A DNA stretch of 58,786 nt from Planctomycetota bacterium (GTDB lineage: Bacteria; Planctomycetota; SZUA-567; H5-PLA8; JBOHNC01), in assembly GCA_050730415.1 (NCBI GenBank), contig JBOHNC010000328.1:1-58786 (forward strand). The letters run 5' to 3'. Of the stretch, positions 55,349 through 58,786 are shown one piece after another; position 1 is the first letter of the stretch; each line of letters starts with the position of its first letter. A program made the position numbers and the translations under genes. Below the pieces are notes generated by a model. It was not told the DNA's origin and made no database searches. It was given only the letters and a program-made list of their open reading frames with translations.

Positions 55349-58225
55349 CTATCGCAGGAAGGCCAGGATTTTGTCGCCGAAGTTCAACAAGATCACCATC
55401 ATCACGATTGCCAGGCCGCTCAGCAGCACATAGGTCTGCACTCGGCCCGTCTGCACCCAGCGCAGGACCTGCCCAAGCCCCGCCGCGATCCAACCCCACA
55501 AATCGACCGCTTTGTCAATCACCAGCATGTCGAAGCCGCCGCACACAGCCGCGAAGGCTTTGCCACCGGCCACGAACACCCGGTCGTACACCGCGTCGAA
55601 AAACCACAGGTTCGCAAGAAATACCCACACCCCCTTGGCCGGACCGGCGGTGAGCGTCTTGTGGGGGTTGACCCCCTTGCGCGGCCAGAGCCAATAAAAG
55701 AAAAAGGCCAGCGCAAGGCCGAACACCATGCAGCCGAAACCGATGGTCTGTCCCGCCAGTTGTTCGGAGGCTTCATGCAGTTGGTCGATATAGGCCAGGC
55801 TGTGCACCTGCCCCGCGCCGCTCAGCAGGGTTGCACCGCCCGTTTCATCGGCGGCGTAGGCAACCGGTTCGAAGGGTAGGGGACCCGGCGCAGAAGCGGC
55901 CGTCTTTCCGGAAGATTCGGTTTCGCGCGCGGTCGAATCGACGGCGGAGGTCAGCGTGAAGGCCAGCGAAGGGTCGGACTGCTTTGCCAGGCGATCGGCG
56001 GCCAGCGTGTCTTCCACGCGCGGGCGGTGAATGTAGCGGTCGATCCAGGATACTTCCACGCCGGGCGTGAGTTCGTCCTTGCCATCCGCCCCCACGTGGC
56101 TCGCGGGCACCGAGAAAAACGGCAGGCGCACCGTCGTGAACGGCAGGCCCACTCGGCCTGAAAACCAAAACCCGAAGGTCATCAGCCCCAACACAATCAG
56201 CGGGATCGCTTCACAGAATCCAAGCACCGCCGGCGACCGCACGCCGTAGGACACGTCGTGCTCCGGAGGATGGTAGGGAAACGGCCCCGGCCGGTTGGTG
56301 AAATCGGCCAATTCGGCGGCGGCCCGTGAAGCAGGACTGTCTGCGGCCCCGTGGCCGACCGGCGCGCCGTGGGCGTCATGGCCGGTCCCCTCGGCGGCGG
56401 TAGCTCCGTGTGTGTCATGCGTAGCGTGGCTGTCATGCGCGCCGCTGCCGTCGGCGTCGTGGCCGTGCGCAGCATGTGCCGCTACTTCCAGCGCGTGCAG
56501 GTCAACGCCTGCCGGCGCGGTTGGCGGCGGGCCGAACAGGTCGGCGATTTTCCCCAGGCCCCACGGCTTCTGCGCGTGGACGCCCGCAAATCGCGCCCAG
56601 TCTTTGGGCGTGCCGGTGAAGGTCATCAGCAGCATGCGGAACATGTAACACGCCGTCAGGATTGCCGTGAAGGCCCCCAGCGCATACGGAACGTACGCGT
56701 ACCAATCGCCGTTCAGCCGCCCGTAGTACATCGCACCGACCAGGATCGCGTCCTTCGAGAAAAACCCGCTGAACAGCGGCACGCCCGAAATCGCGAAGCA
56801 GCCGAACATCGTTGCCGTGAAGGTCAGCGGCAGCTTTTTGCGCAGTCCACCCATCTTGAACATGTCTTGATTGTGATGGCAGGCATGGATCACCGATCCC
56901 GCGCACAGGAACAGCATGCATTTGAAAAAAGCGTGCGTGAATAGATGCGAAAGTCCCGCTGAATACCCAAAGCTTTCCACCGGGCCGTTGGTCCCCAGCC
57001 CAAGCATCATGTACCCCAGTTGCGAAATGGTTGAATACGCCAGTACCGCCTTGATGTCCCACTGCACCACCGCGATGGTCGCCGCGATGAAACAGGTCAG
57101 GCCTCCGATCAACGCCACAAAATACATCGAGGTAGGCGTCAGGAGCGGATGGATCCGTGCCGTGAGGTAGACGCCCGCCGCGACCATTGTCGCCGCATGG
57201 ATGATCGAGGAGCCGGTCGTCGGGCCCTGCATGGCATCGGCCAGCCAGGTGTGCAGTGGAAACTGGGCCGACTTGCCAATCGCACCCATGAAGGTCAGGA
57301 TGGTAGCCAGCGTCAAAAGGTCGATGCCACTGAAGCTGTGACCGAAAATCTGCAGATGAACCGCGCTGAAAACATCCAGCGCCCGTGCTTTGTACAGCGT
57401 CTTGAACGACAGGATGCCGGTATGATCCTGCCCCGCCGTTTCGGGCGAAACCAGCGCCCGCTGTGCCTGCACAACATAATCCTGCGCGTTGGCTGCGTGC
57501 GTTTCGTTCACCAGCGCCGGGGTCGGCGCGAGATCGGTTCCGGTCGCCACCATCGCCATCACCGCGAAGAAAATTGCGATGCCGCTGATGAACCCGAGGT
57601 CCCCGATGCGGTTCATCACGAATGCTTTTTTCTGCGCGAACGCCGGCGAAAGTGTGTCCTCGTCGATGCCCGTGGCGTGCGCGGCTTTCAGCTCCTGGTA
57701 GTGCGGGTCCTGCGCCACCGGCGGCTTGTAGTACCAGAACCCGATCAGGAAATACGACCCCAACCCGACCAGCTCCCAGAAGATAAACGTCATGAACAGG
57801 TTTTCAGAAAACACGATGCCCAGCATGGTGAAGCAGAAAAAATTCATGTACATGAAGTACTTCGAGTACATCGTGTCGCCGTACAGATAGAACACCGAAA
57901 AAATCAGCACGAAGGTCGCCAGGCCGGTCACCACCACCGCCATGAAGGCCGACAGCGGATCGATCAGAAACCCGACGGTCAGGTTCAGCCGCCCGATCCG
58001 CATCCAGTCCCAGGCGTAGGTGATCGGGTTGTCGGCCAGGTGGCCTGCTTCCGGCGAGGTCATCACGTTGTAGAAAAGCACCAGCGAAGTACACAGCGCC
58101 ACGCCCATCATCGCGATGGAAAAATAGTCCGCCGCCTTGCGCAACGGACCGCGGCCGAAGACCAGCAGCACCACGAATGCGACGAACGGCGTGAAGAGCA
58201 CCGTTGCCGCCAGTTCTGCGTACAT
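55349..58225 (-). CDS. nuoL: NADH-quinone oxidoreductase subunit L (enlarged, 958 aa)
   Basis: The N-terminal NuoL-type domain is present. Antiporter motifs are present (GKSAQFPLHTWLADAMQGPT, DIKAVLAYSTISQLGYM). The C-terminus has an amphipathic region plus a final TM helix. Large non-conserved insertions are described in the findings. Confidence 0.95.
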   Translation of the reverse strand: MYAELAATVLFTPFVAFVVLLVFGRGPLRKAADYFSIAMMGVALCTSLVLFYNVMTSPEAGHLADNPITYAWDWMRIGRLNLTVGFLIDPLSAFMAVVVTGLATFVLIFSVFYLYGDTMYSKYFMYMNFFCFTMLGIVFSENLFMTFIFWELVGLGSYFLIGFWYYKPPVAQDPHYQELKAAHATGIDEDTLSPAFAQKKAFVMNRIGDLGFISGIAIFFAVMAMVATGTDLAPTPALVNETHAANAQDYVVQAQRALVSPETAGQDHTGILSFKTLYKARALDVFSAVHLQIFGHSFSGIDLLTLATILTFMGAIGKSAQFPLHTWLADAMQGPTTGSSIIHAATMVAAGVYLTARIHPLLTPTSMYFVALIGGLTCFIAATIAVVQWDIKAVLAYSTISQLGYMMLGLGTNGPVESFGYSAGLSHLFTHAFFKCMLFLCAGSVIHACHHNQDMFKMGGLRKKLPLTFTATMFGCFAISGVPLFSGFFSKDAILVGAMYYGRLNGDWYAYVPYALGAFTAILTACYMFRMLLMTFTGTPKDWARFAGVHAQKPWGLGKIADLFGPPPTAPAGVDLHALEVAAHAAHGHDADGSGAHDSHATHDTHGATAAEGTGHDAHGAPVGHGAADSPASRAAAELADFTNRPGPFPYHPPEHDVSYGVRSPAVLGFCEAIPLIVLGLMTFGFWFSGRVGLPFTTVRLPFFSVPASHVGADGKDELTPGVEVSWIDRYIHRPRVEDTLAADRLAKQSDPSLAFTLTSAVDSTARETESSGKTAASAPGPLPFEPVAYAADETGGATLLSGAGQVHSLAYIDQLHEASEQLAGQTIGFGCMVFGLALAFFFYWLWPRKGVNPHKTLTAGPAKGVWVFLANLWFFDAVYDRVFVAGGKAFAAVCGGFDMLVIDKAVDLWGWIAAGLGQVLRWVQTGRVQTYVLLSGLAIVMMVILLNFGDKILAFLR

Positions 58226-58300
58226 CCAATCCGACTCCCCGCTGCCCTTTTCTCGCCCATCCCGCTGTCCGCTGGTCGCCCGCGCCCACCGGCGCGGCCA

Positions 58301-58630
58301 TTAGCCGGACATGTCGTGAACGGTGTCCAGGTCGATCGTCTTGTGCGACTTAAAGATGCACATCACCATCGCCAGTGCAATCACCGCCTCGGCCGCCGCC
58401 AGCACGATGATGAACAGCGTCATCACCTGCCCGTCGGTCTGGTGGTTGGTGAAACGCGCGAAGGCCACGAAATTCAGCCCCGCCGCGTTCAAAATCAGTT
58501 CCACACCCATCAGGATGCCGATGGCGTTGCGGCGGGAGGCCATCGCGAAAACGCCCAGCCCAAACAGAATTGCGCTGATCATGAGATAGTTAAATAGCCC
58601 GTTGGGCCCGGCCTGGATCGATTCCCACAT
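58301..58630 (-). CDS. nuoK: NADH-quinone oxidoreductase subunit K
   Basis: 109 aa with 3 TM helices and conserved Glu residues (GVELILNAAG..., AAAEAVIALA). It sits between nuoJ and nuoL. Confidence 0.95.
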   Translation of the reverse strand: MWESIQAGPNGLFNYLMISAILFGLGVFAMASRRNAIGILMGVELILNAAGLNFVAFARFTNHQTDGQVMTLFIIVLAAAEAVIALAMVMCIFKSHKTIDLDTVHDMSG

Positions 58631-58661
58631 CGGTTTTCTGGCTCCTGAAAACAGATTCGAT

Positions 58662-58786
58662 TCAATTCCCGCCCGGCCGAGCGGTTTCCTTGCGCACCAG
58701 CACCACCGCGGCCACCACCACCGCGAGCAGCAGTACCGACACCGCTTCGAAGGCCAGCAGATACTTCCCCACGATCATCACCCCGA
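58662..58786 (-). CDS. nuoJ: NADH-quinone oxidoreductase subunit J, C-terminal fragment (runs off the window)
   Basis: The minus-strand reading frame is open from the window edge: ...GVMIVGKYLLAFEAVSVLLLAVVVAAVVLVRKETARPGGN, with a stop at 58662-58664. The FE..S.LLL.A pattern and the position upstream of nuoK fit the NuoJ C-terminus. Confidence 0.75.
   Translation of the reverse strand, partial: GVMIVGKYLLAFEAVSVLLLAVVVAAVVLVRKETARPGGN

Noticed and set aside
52825-58597. 942-aa (52825..55653) and 482-aa (57149..58597) plus-strand ORFs
   Set aside because: They are antisense to nuoN/nuoM/nuoL/nuoK. The translations are extremely Arg/His/Gln/Pro-rich and non-membrane, whereas the minus strand encodes canonical complex I subunits in operon order.

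Overview
High-GC bacterial chromosomal window, roughly 60-65% GC by eye. The gene content suggests a Planctomycetota/Verrucomicrobiota-like polysaccharide-degrading heterotroph, but that is inference only. I support about 42 CDS. I found no rRNA, tRNA, CRISPR array, transposase, integrase or phage genes. Layout: (1) 242-10669 holds an AraC regulator, a Gfo/Idh/MocA oxidoreductase, two heparinase II/III-like proteins, an FHA-Ser/Thr kinase and a tail-anchored CBM/glycosidase-like exoprotein. (2) A lipoprotein, a GNAT and valS. (3) 15378-22613 is an A/V-type ATPase operon in the order G/H-I-K-E-C-F-A that stops after the A subunit, with no B or D gene. (4) A 933-aa secreted DUF4091/GH123-like protein. 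(5) A cusCBA-type Cu(I)/Ag(I) RND efflux operon preceded by a small Cys/His ORF. (6) A glycogen operon glgC-DUF4912-GH57 plus a CheY-like regulator. (7) A 1.5-kb gene-poor, lower-GC stretch at 38935-40467 with orphan ORFs, repeats and hairpins. (8) A PfkB kinase, an orphan exoprotein, a DUF4091 protein and a lactonase-type beta-propeller. (9) A long minus-strand block: nuoJ(partial)KLMN followed by M55 peptidase, GNAT, VOC, amidohydrolase, an unknown protein and an oxidoreductase. I do not see a convincing discrete novel defence or mobile system. The most unusual things are the truncated V-ATPase operon (its c subunit carries a Na+-type signature), the greatly enlarged NuoL and NuoM with hydrophilic insertions, His-rich inserts in both AtpI and NuoL, an enlarged CusA, and the gene-poor region upstream of pfkB. 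Many very long ORFs in the track are antisense artefacts of high GC and were rejected.
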